This document shows, piece by piece, positions 16,418 to 25,479 of a stretch of 32,560 nt of DNA. The stretch spans positions 1-32,560 of the forward strand of contig DPZW01000045.1 in the NCBI GenBank assembly GCA_003536545.1. Reading direction: 5' to 3'. The translations under genes and the position numbers were made by a program. Under the pieces are notes generated by a model that worked only from the letters and a program-made list of their open reading frames with translations, ran no database searches and was not told the origin of the DNA. The DNA is from Rhodospirillaceae bacterium (lineage in GTDB: Bacteria; Pseudomonadota; Alphaproteobacteria; UBA11073). How positions within the stretch are numbered: position 1 is the first letter of the stretch; each line of letters begins with the position of its first letter.

Positions 16418-17437
16418 ATGGCCTGGTGGCAACCACATTCATTCCAGCCCCGCCTGCCCCTTTTAAAATTGCGGCAGCAGGTTATCAGCGCGACTCGTGC
16501 CTATTTTGATAGTTGCGGCTTCCATGAAGTTGAGACCCCCGCCCTGCAGACCTCACCCGGGCTGGAGCCGCATATTATGGCCTTCCACACGGTTTTGGAA
16601 AATCACGACGGTTCGCCGCGCCAGAAAATGTATCTGCACACCTCGCCAGAATTTGCGATGAAGAAATTATTGGTGGCCGGTGCAGGTAATATTTATCAGA
16701 TTTGCAACACGTTTCGGAACCGCGAAAATTCGCCCACACATAGCCCGGAATTTTCAATGATTGAATGGTACCGCACCGGCGCGAATTATTGGGCAATCAT
16801 GGATGATTGCGTGCAACTTTTGCGCGGTGTTGCGACGGCGTGCAAGATTCAGCTGTACCGCTATAAAGGAAAAATCAGCAATCCGTTTTCCGTGTGGCAG
16901 GTAATTTCTGTGGCAGATGCCTTTCGGCAATATTGTAAAATTAATTTGCTTGATACCGTGGGGGATGCCGCTGCCTTGCGTGCCGAAGCCACGCGCATTG
17001 GCGTGCGCACCGATGACGGCGATAATTGGGATGATATTTTCTTCCGCATTATGGGTGAACGTATTGAGCCTTATCTGGGCACACCTGCGCCGACCCTGCT
17101 TTATGATTACCCGGCGCATATGGCCGCACTTTCAAAAATCAAGGAGTCTGATCCGCGCGTGGCCGAGCGCGTTGAAGTATATGTCTGCGGTTTGGAGCTC
17201 GCGAATGGATTCAGCGAATTGACGAATGCCGCGCAGCAGCGTGCGCGTTTTGAAGCGGATATGGATTACAAAGAGCAGACCTACGGCTTCCGCTATCCGA
17301 TTGATGAGGATTTTATCGCCGCACTGGAAACCGGATTACCTGAATGCAGCGGCATCGCATTGGGCATGGACCGCCTAGTGATGCTGGCCACGGGAGCAGA
17401 AAATATCAATGATATTTTATGGGCTCCGGTGGCGTAA
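16418..17437 (+). CDS. epmA: EF-P--(R)-beta-lysine ligase (truncated class II LysRS paralogue, EpmA/PoxA/GenX)
   Basis: From ATG 16418 the protein reads MAWWQPHSFQPRLPLLKLRQQVISATRAYFDSCGFHEVETPALQ..., with SPEFAMKKLL, IYQICNTFRNRE, EFSMIEWY and GIALGMDRLVML. The ORF-track start at 16325 would overlap efp head-on and is rejected. Confidence 0.9.
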   Translation: MAWWQPHSFQPRLPLLKLRQQVISATRAYFDSCGFHEVETPALQTSPGLEPHIMAFHTVLENHDGSPRQKMYLHTSPEFAMKKLLVAGAGNIYQICNTFRNRENSPTHSPEFSMIEWYRTGANYWAIMDDCVQLLRGVATACKIQLYRYKGKISNPFSVWQVISVADAFRQYCKINLLDTVGDAAALRAEATRIGVRTDDGDNWDDIFFRIMGERIEPYLGTPAPTLLYDYPAHMAALSKIKESDPRVAERVEVYVCGLELANGFSELTNAAQQRARFEADMDYKEQTYGFRYPIDEDFIAALETGLPECSGIALGMDRLVMLATGAENINDILWAPVA

Positions 17438-18514
17438 CTGCTGCAACCACATGACCAATAATCCAATCAACACAAACGCGCCTGCCTGGTGCGTGACGGC
17501 AACATGCAAATGCACCTGCGTTAAAAGAGTGATAATCCCCAACAAGACCTGCAGAATTCCCATCGCCGCAATCGCATAGCCAGTACGTGCCGCAGGAATT
17601 TTACGCACAAACGTCATGACGCCGATTGCGATACACATTAATACTGCCAGATACGCCAGCATCCGGTGAATAAACTGCACCGCGCCGTGATTTTCAAAAA
17701 AATTCAGCCATGCGGGCGACAGATGCCAGAAATCCGGCGGCGAAAAATACCCGTCCATGGACGGCCAGGTGTTATATAATAATCCCGCATCCAGCCCGGC
17801 AACGAACGCACCCCAAATGACTGTGAGCAGGACAACACACAAAGTTGCAATGCTATGCTTCTGCAGCGGGGTCATTTTCGGTTTTTCTAATGCTATTTGC
17901 CGTAACCCCCGGCGAATGGAAATCGCCAGCCACAAGGCCCAGATATAGATCAATACCGCCAAAAATAGGTGCGCAGCCAGGCGGTAATGCGATACGGCAG
18001 GATCATCCACCAATCCACTTTTTACCATCAGCCACCCCATCAACCCCTGCGCGCCGCCAAGCAGCAGCAGGCCGATCAACGGTTTTTTATAATTCACCGG
18101 GATCTGTTTGCGCAGCCAGAACCACACAAGGCCCGCCGCATAAACCAGACCAATCAACCTGCCCCATTGCCTGTGCACCCATTCCCACCAGAAAATATTT
18201 TTGAATTCCGCCAGCGTCATATGCTGGTTCACTTTCTGAAATTGCGGACTGGATTGATAGGTTTGGAATTCCTGTTGCCAGTCCATTTCCGTCATCGGCG
18301 GAATTGCGCCTGAAATTGGTTTCCATTCCACAATCGACAGGCCGGATTCCGTCAGGCGCGTGGCCGCGCCGATAACGGCCATGATCAATACCATGGCGGC
18401 AATTAAAAACAGAAAGTTGGACAGGGATTTATTTTGCACAGCGCAGTCATAGCGCGATTGCATCGGCGCAACAATATCCCGGCAGCTAGGATTGGAGGCC
18501 GCCCAATGCTGCAT
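17417..18514 (-). CDS. ctaA: heme A synthase (COX15/CtaA)
   Basis: It is a polytopic membrane protein with the COX15 N-terminal segment ATRLTESGLSIVEWKPISGAIPP and conserved His-bearing helices. Start 18514 overlaps the upstream GGDEF gene by 29 nt; ATG 18463 is an equally plausible start. The 3' end overlaps the convergent epmA by 21 nt. Confidence 0.85.
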   Translation of the reverse strand: MQHWAASNPSCRDIVAPMQSRYDCAVQNKSLSNFLFLIAAMVLIMAVIGAATRLTESGLSIVEWKPISGAIPPMTEMDWQQEFQTYQSSPQFQKVNQHMTLAEFKNIFWWEWVHRQWGRLIGLVYAAGLVWFWLRKQIPVNYKKPLIGLLLLGGAQGLMGWLMVKSGLVDDPAVSHYRLAAHLFLAVLIYIWALWLAISIRRGLRQIALEKPKMTPLQKHSIATLCVVLLTVIWGAFVAGLDAGLLYNTWPSMDGYFSPPDFWHLSPAWLNFFENHGAVQFIHRMLAYLAVLMCIAIGVMTFVRKIPAARTGYAIAAMGILQVLLGIITLLTQVHLHVAVTHQAGAFVLIGLLVMWLQQLRHRSP

Positions 18515-19340
18515 CCTGTGCGCGGGATTCCATCACCGCACCAGAAACCGGCCCGCCATAAACATAGATGGTGTCCGTTTTCCTTGTGGTTTTGTGCCAC
18601 AAACAGCTGCGGGCGCGGCCCGTGTTTTTCGCTTCATAGGATGCCCCATCTGCTCCATCAAATAAAAATTTGTGCATTTGGGTGCTTTTGCTTGTCAGAC
18701 TATCATTGCCAAATTCTGAAATAAATTTTTCCAGTTCATACCAGGAAATAAAATCAATCCCCATCGACATGCTCATGGGCCAGCTTCGCCCCTCACCCAG
18801 CTCATACACGCCACACACACGCTCCTGAATCCGGCATGAAACTTCGTATATATTCATATTATCTTTGCGTGGCATCGGCAGAATAAGCAAAAACTCTTCT
18901 CCGCCATGGCGCGCCACCAGATCCGTTTCTATGCCATAGCCGTCATATTGGCGACGGTTCTGATGGTTATCAGGATCTGCCTTGCTGCGCACAGACCCAC
19001 CCAGCCGCCGTGCAAATTCCGTCAGTGCCGCATCACCCGCATCATGCCCCATGGTATCGTTAATAGATTTGAATTTATCAATGTCACAGGCAATGATCAA
19101 AAATCCATCGGCAATCCCAAAATGACGACCATGCTGATGAACAGTAGATAATATGCCATCAATATAGGCCGCAGTGGCATGCCGGTTGGGCAGGCCTGTC
19201 AGCTCATCCGACAGAGCCATGTTGCGATAATGTTCCGACAATTCTCGGAAAAATTTAGCGGATTCTAAAAGTTGCGGGATTGTCTTCGCATTGCGCGCGA
19301 ATTCGCTTTCAGAATCATAAATATGAAAATTGTCTGGCAT
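18486..19340 (-). CDS. stand-alone GGDEF-domain protein (putative diguanylate cyclase, GGEEF active site, no I-site)
   Basis: Motifs present: LTGLPNRH, ACDIDKFKSINDTMGHDAGDAAL and ARHGGEEFLLILP. It has a short coiled-coil-like N-terminus and no recognisable sensor domain. Confidence 0.85.
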   Translation of the reverse strand: MPDNFHIYDSESEFARNAKTIPQLLESAKFFRELSEHYRNMALSDELTGLPNRHATAAYIDGILSTVHQHGRHFGIADGFLIIACDIDKFKSINDTMGHDAGDAALTEFARRLGGSVRSKADPDNHQNRRQYDGYGIETDLVARHGGEEFLLILPMPRKDNMNIYEVSCRIQERVCGVYELGEGRSWPMSMSMGIDFISWYELEKFISEFGNDSLTSKSTQMHKFLFDGADGASYEAKNTGRARSCLWHKTTRKTDTIYVYGGPVSGAVMESRAQDAALGGLQS

Positions 19341-19435
19341 GTGCGAAGTTTAATATGCTTTTAGAGCAATATTATTAATTCTCGCAGGGATTCGTTACTA
19401 AAGTGTGAAATTGCAAGCCAAGCGTGAGTTACAAA

Positions 19436-20335
19436 TTAAGCCACCAGATCACGCGGTGTAATCTTAATATTCACACCACCCGGCATTTTTCCCTCACCTT
19501 TTGGATGCATATAAATAATTTTATTGGTTTGGTCTGGTAATCTGAGGGCTACACGGCTGCGGCCATTATCTTTGGCACAGTATAATGCTGCATCCGAACA
19601 ATTATTTAGATCACTCAACCAGTCATCGGGCTCACCAGAAAATACAGCGGATAATTCATCAGGTTGAACGACTGCAACACCGATAGACGCTGTCTTTGAC
19701 ACAAAAAGCTTTATGGTTTGGCCATTTTTTTCATGGCTCAGATCATAAGGATCATCCGACAATGCATCACAAATACGCTTCCCGATTTTCGCAGCAACCT
19801 GATAAGGATTATCAGTTTCACCCAAAGGAAGAATGATCAGGGATTCCTCGCCGCCGTAGCGGATGCTGGCACCCACAGTTTGTGGTGGGTTATCATTGCT
19901 ATAATCTGGCGACACATCAGCATCCAATGGAAGACCATTCTCTTCCAAAGCTGCCAGAAAAGCTTCCATTTTATTTTCACGCTTTGGGTGACTTACCGTG
20001 TGTTTAAAGCCACGCGTCATATTTGCAATTCTCGCAGAGGCTTCTTTCAGGAAAATATCGCCTACTTTATGACCGTAAGCATCATTTACCTGTTTAAAAT
20101 GATCCATATCAACACTGATAACAACAACGGCACCTACATCGTCCAGATGGGCCGCCATGGTTTGGAGATACAAGGCAGCCCCGTCTCGGCTCATTAGGCG
20201 GGTAAGCCTATCCCTGTATAATTTTATCTGAAGATCATGAATCTTCTGTCGATTTGAGCGGTGCTGCGCTAGTAGATCTGCCACGCTGTGCACTTCAGGG
20301 GGTTGATCCGGATCTAGTATCTTTGGGTTTGCCAT
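19436..20335 (-). CDS. stand-alone GGDEF-like protein with a degenerate active site (GGEES) and a roughly 40-aa insertion
   Basis: From ATG 20335 the protein reads MANPKILDP... Motifs: SVDMDHFKQVNDAYGHKVGDIFL and IRYGGEESLIILP, with LTRLMSRDG in place of LTGLPNRR. The ORF-track start at 20380 adds 15 hydrophobic or basic residues and has no support. Confidence 0.8.
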   Translation of the reverse strand: MANPKILDPDQPPEVHSVADLLAQHRSNRQKIHDLQIKLYRDRLTRLMSRDGAALYLQTMAAHLDDVGAVVVISVDMDHFKQVNDAYGHKVGDIFLKEASARIANMTRGFKHTVSHPKRENKMEAFLAALEENGLPLDADVSPDYSNDNPPQTVGASIRYGGEESLIILPLGETDNPYQVAAKIGKRICDALSDDPYDLSHEKNGQTIKLFVSKTASIGVAVVQPDELSAVFSGEPDDWLSDLNNCSDAALYCAKDNGRSRVALRLPDQTNKIIYMHPKGEGKMPGGVNIKITPRDLVA

Positions 20336-20419
20336 GCTCAGTAACTTTTGTATTTTGATGCGTAAATGCAAAATTATCAAAAATTAGCGCATTTTTAAAG
20401 GAATTAATTACTTTCAGCC

Positions 20420-22240
20420 CTATTCATCCCCCATGCGCAGAGCTGCGATAAAGGCGGATTGGGGGATATCGATATTGCCGATCTGGCGCATGCGCTTTTT
20501 ACCCTCTTTTTGCTTTTCCAGCAGCTTTTTCTTACGGGAAATATCGCCGCCGTAACATTTGGCCGTCACGTCTTTCCGCATCGCTGAAACCGTCTCCCGG
20601 GCAATTACCCGGCCACCAATAGCGGCCTGGATGGCAATCTTAAACAATTGCTTTGGAATTAAATCTTTTAATCTTTCGCATAACTGCCTGCCGCGCCGCT
20701 CAGCCTGAGACTGGTGCACCATCATGGAAAGGGCGTCCACAGGGTCGCCATTGACCAGAATGGCCATTTTGACCAGATCCCCCTCGCGGTATTCATCTAG
20801 CGTATAGTCAAAGCTGGCATAGCCGCGGGAGATGGATTTCAGGCGGTCATAGAAATCAAAAACCACCTCGTTCAGCGGCAGCATATAGACCAGCATCATC
20901 CGGTTGCCGACATAGTTCATCTCCACCTGCTCGCCCCTGCGCTCCTCGCACAGTTGCAGGAGACCCCCCAGATATTCCTGGGGGCATAGAATAGTCGCTT
21001 TGATCCATGGTTCTTCAATAAATTTGATGAGCGTGACGTCCGGGAAATCCGCCGGATTATAAAGCTCAATCATTTTGTCTTTATCGACCCCGCCGCCCAT
21101 ATGCAGGCGGTAAACCACAGAAGGTGCAGTGGCGATCAGATCCAGATTAAATTCGCGCTCCAGGCGTTCCTGGATAATCTCCATATGCAAAAGGCCCAAA
21201 AAGCCGCAGCGAAAACCCATCCCCAACGCAGCCGAAGATTCCTGTTCATAATGAAAGCTGGCGTCATTGAGCTTCAGTTTACCCAGGCTCTCGCGCAGCT
21301 TTTCAAACTCACTGCTATCAGTTGGGAAGAGTGAGCAGAAAACAACTGGGATTGATGGCTTAAATCCAGCCAAAGGCTCCGCCGCCGGCGCGCGGTCCAG
21401 CGTGATGGTATCGCCAACCTTGGTAAAGGAAATATCCTTTACGCCCGCAGTGATGAAACCCATTTCACCTGGGCCCAATACGCCTGTCATTACCGGTTTG
21501 GGCGTAAAAATTCCCACGCGGTCTGTTTCATAGGCCATACCCGCGGCCATAAAGCGCACTTTTTGTCCGGTCTTGAGTTCACCATCCACCACGCGCACCA
21601 AAATCATCACGCCCAGATATGAATCATACCAGCTGTCAACGAGGAGTGCTTTTAGTGGGGCATTCCGGTCGCCTTTAGGGGGCGGCAGAACGGTCACAAT
21701 CTTCTCCAGTAATTCATCGATGCCGATGCCTGATTTGGCGGAAATTTCGGCAGCATTCGAACAATCAATGCCGATCACTTCTTCGATCTGCTCTTTCACG
21801 CGCTCAGGCTCGGCTGCAGGCAAATCAATCTTGTTGATGACGGGTAAAATTTCATGATTGTTATCGATGGCCTGATACACATTTGCCAGTGTCTGTGCTT
21901 CTACGCCCTGCGTGGAATCTACCACGAGCAGCGAGCCTTCACAGGCCGCGAGGCTACGTGATACTTCGTAAGCGAAATCCACATGACCGGGTGTATCCAT
22001 CAGGTTCAATTGATATTCAATGCCGTCTTTAGCCTTATAGGCCAGGCGGACGGTTTGCGCCTTGATCGTGATGCCGCGCTCACGTTCAATGTCCATACTG
22101 TCCAGAACCTGCGCTTTCATCTCGCGCTCTTCCAGTCCGCCACATTTTTGAATCAGGCGATCGGCCAACGTGGATTTGCCATGGTCAATATGGGCAATAA
22201 TTGAAAAATTACGGATGCGGGATAAAGTTTCAGCCGACAT
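20420..22240 (-). CDS. lepA: translation elongation factor 4 (LepA)
   Basis: Motifs present: [26 protein letters not shown] and NKIDLP. The LepA-specific C-terminal domain is present. It is 606 aa. Confidence 0.97.
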   Translation of the reverse strand: MSAETLSRIRNFSIIAHIDHGKSTLADRLIQKCGGLEEREMKAQVLDSMDIERERGITIKAQTVRLAYKAKDGIEYQLNLMDTPGHVDFAYEVSRSLAACEGSLLVVDSTQGVEAQTLANVYQAIDNNHEILPVINKIDLPAAEPERVKEQIEEVIGIDCSNAAEISAKSGIGIDELLEKIVTVLPPPKGDRNAPLKALLVDSWYDSYLGVMILVRVVDGELKTGQKVRFMAAGMAYETDRVGIFTPKPVMTGVLGPGEMGFITAGVKDISFTKVGDTITLDRAPAAEPLAGFKPSIPVVFCSLFPTDSSEFEKLRESLGKLKLNDASFHYEQESSAALGMGFRCGFLGLLHMEIIQERLEREFNLDLIATAPSVVYRLHMGGGVDKDKMIELYNPADFPDVTLIKFIEEPWIKATILCPQEYLGGLLQLCEERRGEQVEMNYVGNRMMLVYMLPLNEVVFDFYDRLKSISRGYASFDYTLDEYREGDLVKMAILVNGDPVDALSMMVHQSQAERRGRQLCERLKDLIPKQLFKIAIQAAIGGRVIARETVSAMRKDVTAKCYGGDISRKKKLLEKQKEGKKRMRQIGNIDIPQSAFIAALRMGDE

Positions 22241-22243
22241 TGG

Positions 22244-22717
22244 TTAAACTTGAATAACCTTTGCGACCAGTGTCGTGCCATCAAAGGCGGTGACTTCCAG
22301 AACCTGTCCCGCCAGAATTCCCCCGCCACCTTCGCGGCGTACGGGCCATTCAATGCCGTCGATCTGGATGCGCGACATCCCGTCTGCACCGTCCATTAAG
22401 GCCGCACCGCGGCGACCCACCATACGGCCTGCACGGTTATTTAGATTGGGGGCATCCGTATTACCATCTGACAGACGCACATAGCGGCGACCGATTAATA
22501 ATAACAGCAGGCTAACCGCAACGAAAAACAAAATTGCCGTGGGCCATTCCATTGCAGGAAACAGCATCAACATGCCGCCTGTGGCGAACGCTGCGAGGCC
22601 AGGCCACAACAGCCAGTTCGACGGGATCATCATTTCCACCAAAAGCAACAGCAATGCGATTGCCCACCAGGCGTATGCACCGCCTGATAAGATAGAAGAA
22701 ACGAGTTCCGGCAACAT
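22244..22717 (-). CDS. NfeD-family membrane protein (short YbbJ-like form)
   Basis: It has three N-terminal TM helices followed by a C-terminal OB-fold-like soluble domain (GRRGAALMDGADGMSRIQIDGIEWPVRREG...GQVLEVTAFDGTTLVAKV). Confidence 0.8.
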   Translation of the reverse strand: MLPELVSSILSGGAYAWWAIALLLLLVEMMIPSNWLLWPGLAAFATGGMLMLFPAMEWPTAILFFVAVSLLLLLIGRRYVRLSDGNTDAPNLNNRAGRMVGRRGAALMDGADGMSRIQIDGIEWPVRREGGGGILAGQVLEVTAFDGTTLVAKVIQV

Positions 22718-22719
22718 CT

Positions 22720-23316
22720 CTAACCCTTTTCAACCTGTGCGTATTCCAGTTCAACCGGCGTTGCGCGGCCAAAGATGGATACGGAAACCTTGAGGCGTTG
22801 GCGCGCTTCATCCACTTCTTCAACCGTCCCATTAAAGCTGTTGAACGGACCATCCGTGACGCGGACACTGTCGCCAATATCGTAAGTAATGAGGCTGCGC
22901 GGTTTTTTCTCACCATCTGTGCCGCCTTTGCCCTGGGCAATCAGACGCTGCGCTTCTTTGGTGGTAATCGGTGTGGGTTTTTTACCTGCACCGAGGAAAC
23001 CCGTGACGCGATCCGTGGATTTTACCAAGTGCCATGCATCATCTGTCATTTCCATTTGTACCAGCACATAGCCTGGCATGAATTTCTTTTCGACCTGTTT
23101 GCGCTGGCCGCGTTTAATTTCAATCACTTCTTCAGTTGGAATTAAAATCTGGCCAAATTGGTTACCGATTTTTTGCTTGGCCGCTTTTTCACGAATGGTT
23201 TGTGACACGCGGTTTTCAAAGCCAGAAAACACATGGATCACATACCAACGCCAATTGGGATTCTCCGGGGCCCCAACTTCAGCTTCGGTTTTAACTTCTT
23301 CTGCAACTTCAGACAT
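22720..23316 (-). CDS. nusG: transcription termination/antitermination factor NusG
   Basis: The NGN domain is present ([14 protein letters not shown]) with a KOW motif ([22 protein letters not shown]). The RBS is AGGAGAAG. Confidence 0.95.
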   Translation of the reverse strand: MSEVAEEVKTEAEVGAPENPNWRWYVIHVFSGFENRVSQTIREKAAKQKIGNQFGQILIPTEEVIEIKRGQRKQVEKKFMPGYVLVQMEMTDDAWHLVKSTDRVTGFLGAGKKPTPITTKEAQRLIAQGKGGTDGEKKPRSLITYDIGDSVRVTDGPFNSFNGTVEEVDEARQRLKVSVSIFGRATPVELEYAQVEKG

Positions 23317-23336
23317 TTTTTCTTCTCCTAAAATCT

Positions 23337-23552
23337 TTATGCGAATAAATCCAGCACGCCGCGCACGAGGTGTTGGATAATAAAATCAACGCTGAATAAA
23401 AACAGTGAGGCAATAATTGTCATCCAGATCACCATCACAGTGGTCACGCCTGTTTCTTTGCGCGAAGGCCATGTGACTTTATTACCTTCCTGTCGCACTT
23501 CCTTGAGGAACTGCCCTGGGTCGATGGGTTTCTTTTCTGTTTTTTCAGCCAT
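23337..23552 (-). CDS. secE: preprotein translocase subunit SecE
   Basis: It is 71 aa from ATG 23552, with FLKEVRQEGNKVTWPSRKE followed by a single TM. The longer ORF-track start runs through tRNA-Trp and is rejected. Confidence 0.9.
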   Translation of the reverse strand: MAEKTEKKPIDPGQFLKEVRQEGNKVTWPSRKETGVTTVMVIWMTIIASLFLFSVDFIIQHLVRGVLDLFA

Positions 23553-23575
23553 TTTAAATTCCTGGTTTCTAAAAG

Positions 23576-23650
23576 TGGCAGGGGCGATAGGACTCGAACC
23601 TACAACCCTCGGTTTTGGAGACCGATGCTCTACCATTGAGCCACACCCCT
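23576..23650 (-). tRNA. tRNA-Trp (anticodon CCA), CCA encoded
   Basis: The minus strand reads AGGGGTGTGGCTCAATGGTAGAGCATCGGTCTCCAAAACCGAGGGTTGTAGGTTCGAGTCCTATCGCCCCTGCCA. It sits in the conserved position upstream of secE-nusG. Confidence 0.95.
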
Positions 23651-23729
23651 GCATTTGACGACCGCCAGCATAACCAGTTGACAGTCTTCGGCCGCCGAGA
23701 GTTTCCCCCGCGGCGGCCGATAGGTCAAG

Positions 23730-23758
23730 CTTATAGCGGCATAAATGTGCCGCGTCAA
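23730..23758 (-). promoter_or_regulatory. candidate sigma70-type promoter for tRNA-Trp-secE-nusG
   Basis: The minus strand reads TTGACG (23758-23753), 17 nt, TATAAG (23735-23730). It begins 8 nt after the rplQ stop codon. Confidence 0.4.
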
Positions 23759-23765
23759 AGATTAA

Positions 23766-24179
23766 TTATGCTGCTTCTTCGGCAGATTCAACAGGGCCGC
23801 TGTCTTTACCCTTGGCATCCGGGTCACGGTCCACCAACTCGATAATTGCCATAGGGGCAGCATCGCCGTAACGGAAACCCGCCTTGAGGACGCGCGTATA
23901 GCCGCCTGGACGTGCTTTGTAACGCGGGCCAATAACATCAAAGAGTTTTTTCACCATATCCTCGTCACGCAGACGCGCCATTGCGAGGCGGCGGTTAGCC
24001 AGACCACCCTTTTTTGACAGGGTAATCAGCTGTTCTACTACAGAACGCAGATCCTTTGCCTTGGGTAAAGTGGTTTTAATTTGTTCATGCTTGATCAGCG
24101 CAGCAGCCATGTTGGCGAACATCGCCAAGCGGTGCTGTGATTTACGGTTGAGTAAGCGGCCTTTAAGACGGTGACGCAT
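23766..24179 (-). CDS. rplQ: 50S ribosomal protein L17
   Basis: The sequence [45 protein letters not shown] is a typical L17 N-terminus. It is 137 aa. Confidence 0.97.
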   Translation of the reverse strand: MRHRLKGRLLNRKSQHRLAMFANMAAALIKHEQIKTTLPKAKDLRSVVEQLITLSKKGGLANRRLAMARLRDEDMVKKLFDVIGPRYKARPGGYTRVLKAGFRYGDAAPMAIIELVDRDPDAKGKDSGPVESAEEAA

Positions 24180-24315
24180 GGTTTTGTTTCCTTCATGTTG
24201 CTGCAGCGCGCACGCTGCGGGTTGGTGTTGCTGCCCGCCAGATATCTGTACGGACGGCTGGCCCGGAAATGGGCCGCAGGAGCGTGTTTATGGGGGATTT
24301 GGTAGGAAAATACAA

Positions 24316-24342
24316 GAAATAAAAATGGGGCCGAAGCCCCAT
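24316..24342 (-). terminator. intrinsic terminator/attenuator downstream of rpoA
   Basis: The minus strand reads AUGGGGC-UUCG-GCCCCAU (24342-24325) followed by UUUUAUUUCUU. It lies 24 nt after the rpoA stop. Confidence 0.6.
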
Positions 24343-24366
24343 TTAAAATCTTAAAAAACGATCAGA

Positions 24367-25389
24367 TTAAAACTGTTGCTCATCAATCCGGCGGATCATG
24401 TCCTCGATATTTTCAGGCGGCCAGTTAGGGATATCCATGCCGAGGTGCAGGCCGAGGTTCGTGAGCACTTCTTTGATTTCATTCAAAGATTTGCGGCCAA
24501 AGTTTGGCGTACGTAGCATTTCAGGCTCCGTTTTCTGAACCAGATCACCGATGTAAATGATATTGTCGTTTTTCAGGCAATTTGCTGAACGCACAGATAA
24601 TTCCAATTCTTCGACACGCCGCAGCAAGTTGCGGTTGAATGGCAATTCGCCACGCGGACCGCCCGCACCTGTGTGTTCTTTTGGCTCTTCAAAGTTAATG
24701 AAGACAGCCAATTGATCTTGCAGAATACGCGCAGCCAATGCCACTGCATCTTCGGGAGAAACTGTGCCGTTGGTTTCAATATCAATCGATAATTTATCGT
24801 AGTCCGTAATCTGGCCTACGCGGGAGTTTTCAACCTTATAAGATGCTTTGCGCACCGGTGAGAAAATGCTGTCGACAGGAATTAAGCCAATCGGATCATC
24901 TTCGTCTCTGTTCTGTGATGCCTGGCGATAACCCTTACCGTGCTGAACCGTCAGCTCCATGTTCAAAGACGCGCCTTTATCCAAAGTGCAAATCACCAGA
25001 TCAGGGTTTAGGATTTCAATGCCTGTGACCTGTTCGATTTGTGCCGCAGTCACTTCGCCTGGACCTTTGGCTTGTAATTTCAGGCGTTTGGTCTGGTCCG
25101 TTGTCATGCGGATGGCGAGTGTTTTGATGTTGAGGATGATGTCCGTCACATCTTCGCGCACGCCCGGGATAGACGAGAATTCATGCAAGACACCATCAAA
25201 TTTTACAGATGTGACCGCTGCCCCCTGCAGAGATGACAATAAAATACGACGCAACGCGTTGCCCAGCGTCAGGCCAAAGCCGCGCTCCAATGGCTCAACA
25301 ACCACCATGCCACGACGTGATTTGTCGTCCGGTGATTGTACATCCAATTTGTTAGGTTTAATGAGTTCTTGCCAATTACGTTGCAGCAC
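24367..25389 (-). CDS. rpoA: DNA-directed RNA polymerase subunit alpha
   Basis: GTG 25389 has AGGGGA 6 nt upstream. This start gives [15 protein letters not shown]..., 340 aa, matching the usual RpoA N-terminus. The ORF-track start is a TTG at 25425 and adds 12 unconserved residues. Confidence 0.95.
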   Translation of the reverse strand: MLQRNWQELIKPNKLDVQSPDDKSRRGMVVVEPLERGFGLTLGNALRRILLSSLQGAAVTSVKFDGVLHEFSSIPGVREDVTDIILNIKTLAIRMTTDQTKRLKLQAKGPGEVTAAQIEQVTGIEILNPDLVICTLDKGASLNMELTVQHGKGYRQASQNRDEDDPIGLIPVDSIFSPVRKASYKVENSRVGQITDYDKLSIDIETNGTVSPEDAVALAARILQDQLAVFINFEEPKEHTGAGGPRGELPFNRNLLRRVEELELSVRSANCLKNDNIIYIGDLVQKTEPEMLRTPNFGRKSLNEIKEVLTNLGLHLGMDIPNWPPENIEDMIRRIDEQQF

Positions 25390-25479
25390 TGTGGATCCCC
25401 TATCGTTTTTAACCGTTTCAACCAAATTAAACAGCGCGCCAAAAAATAATGCTGCGCCGTTTTTAAACCTTACTACTTA

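Noticed and set aside
18486-20335. The GGDEF pair as Hypr-type cGAMP synthases or part of a cyclic-nucleotide defence system.
   Set aside because: Both keep the Asp of the GH..GD helix (DAGD and KVGD) that specifies GTP in canonical cyclases. No effector, nuclease or TIR/patatin-like partner gene is adjacent.
24195-24311. A 38-codon plus-strand ORF ([36 protein letters not shown]) in the rpoA-rplQ spacer.
   Set aside because: It has no RBS, lies on the strand opposite to the operon, and has an Arg/Leu/Trp-rich composition typical of antisense GC-rich hairpin DNA.
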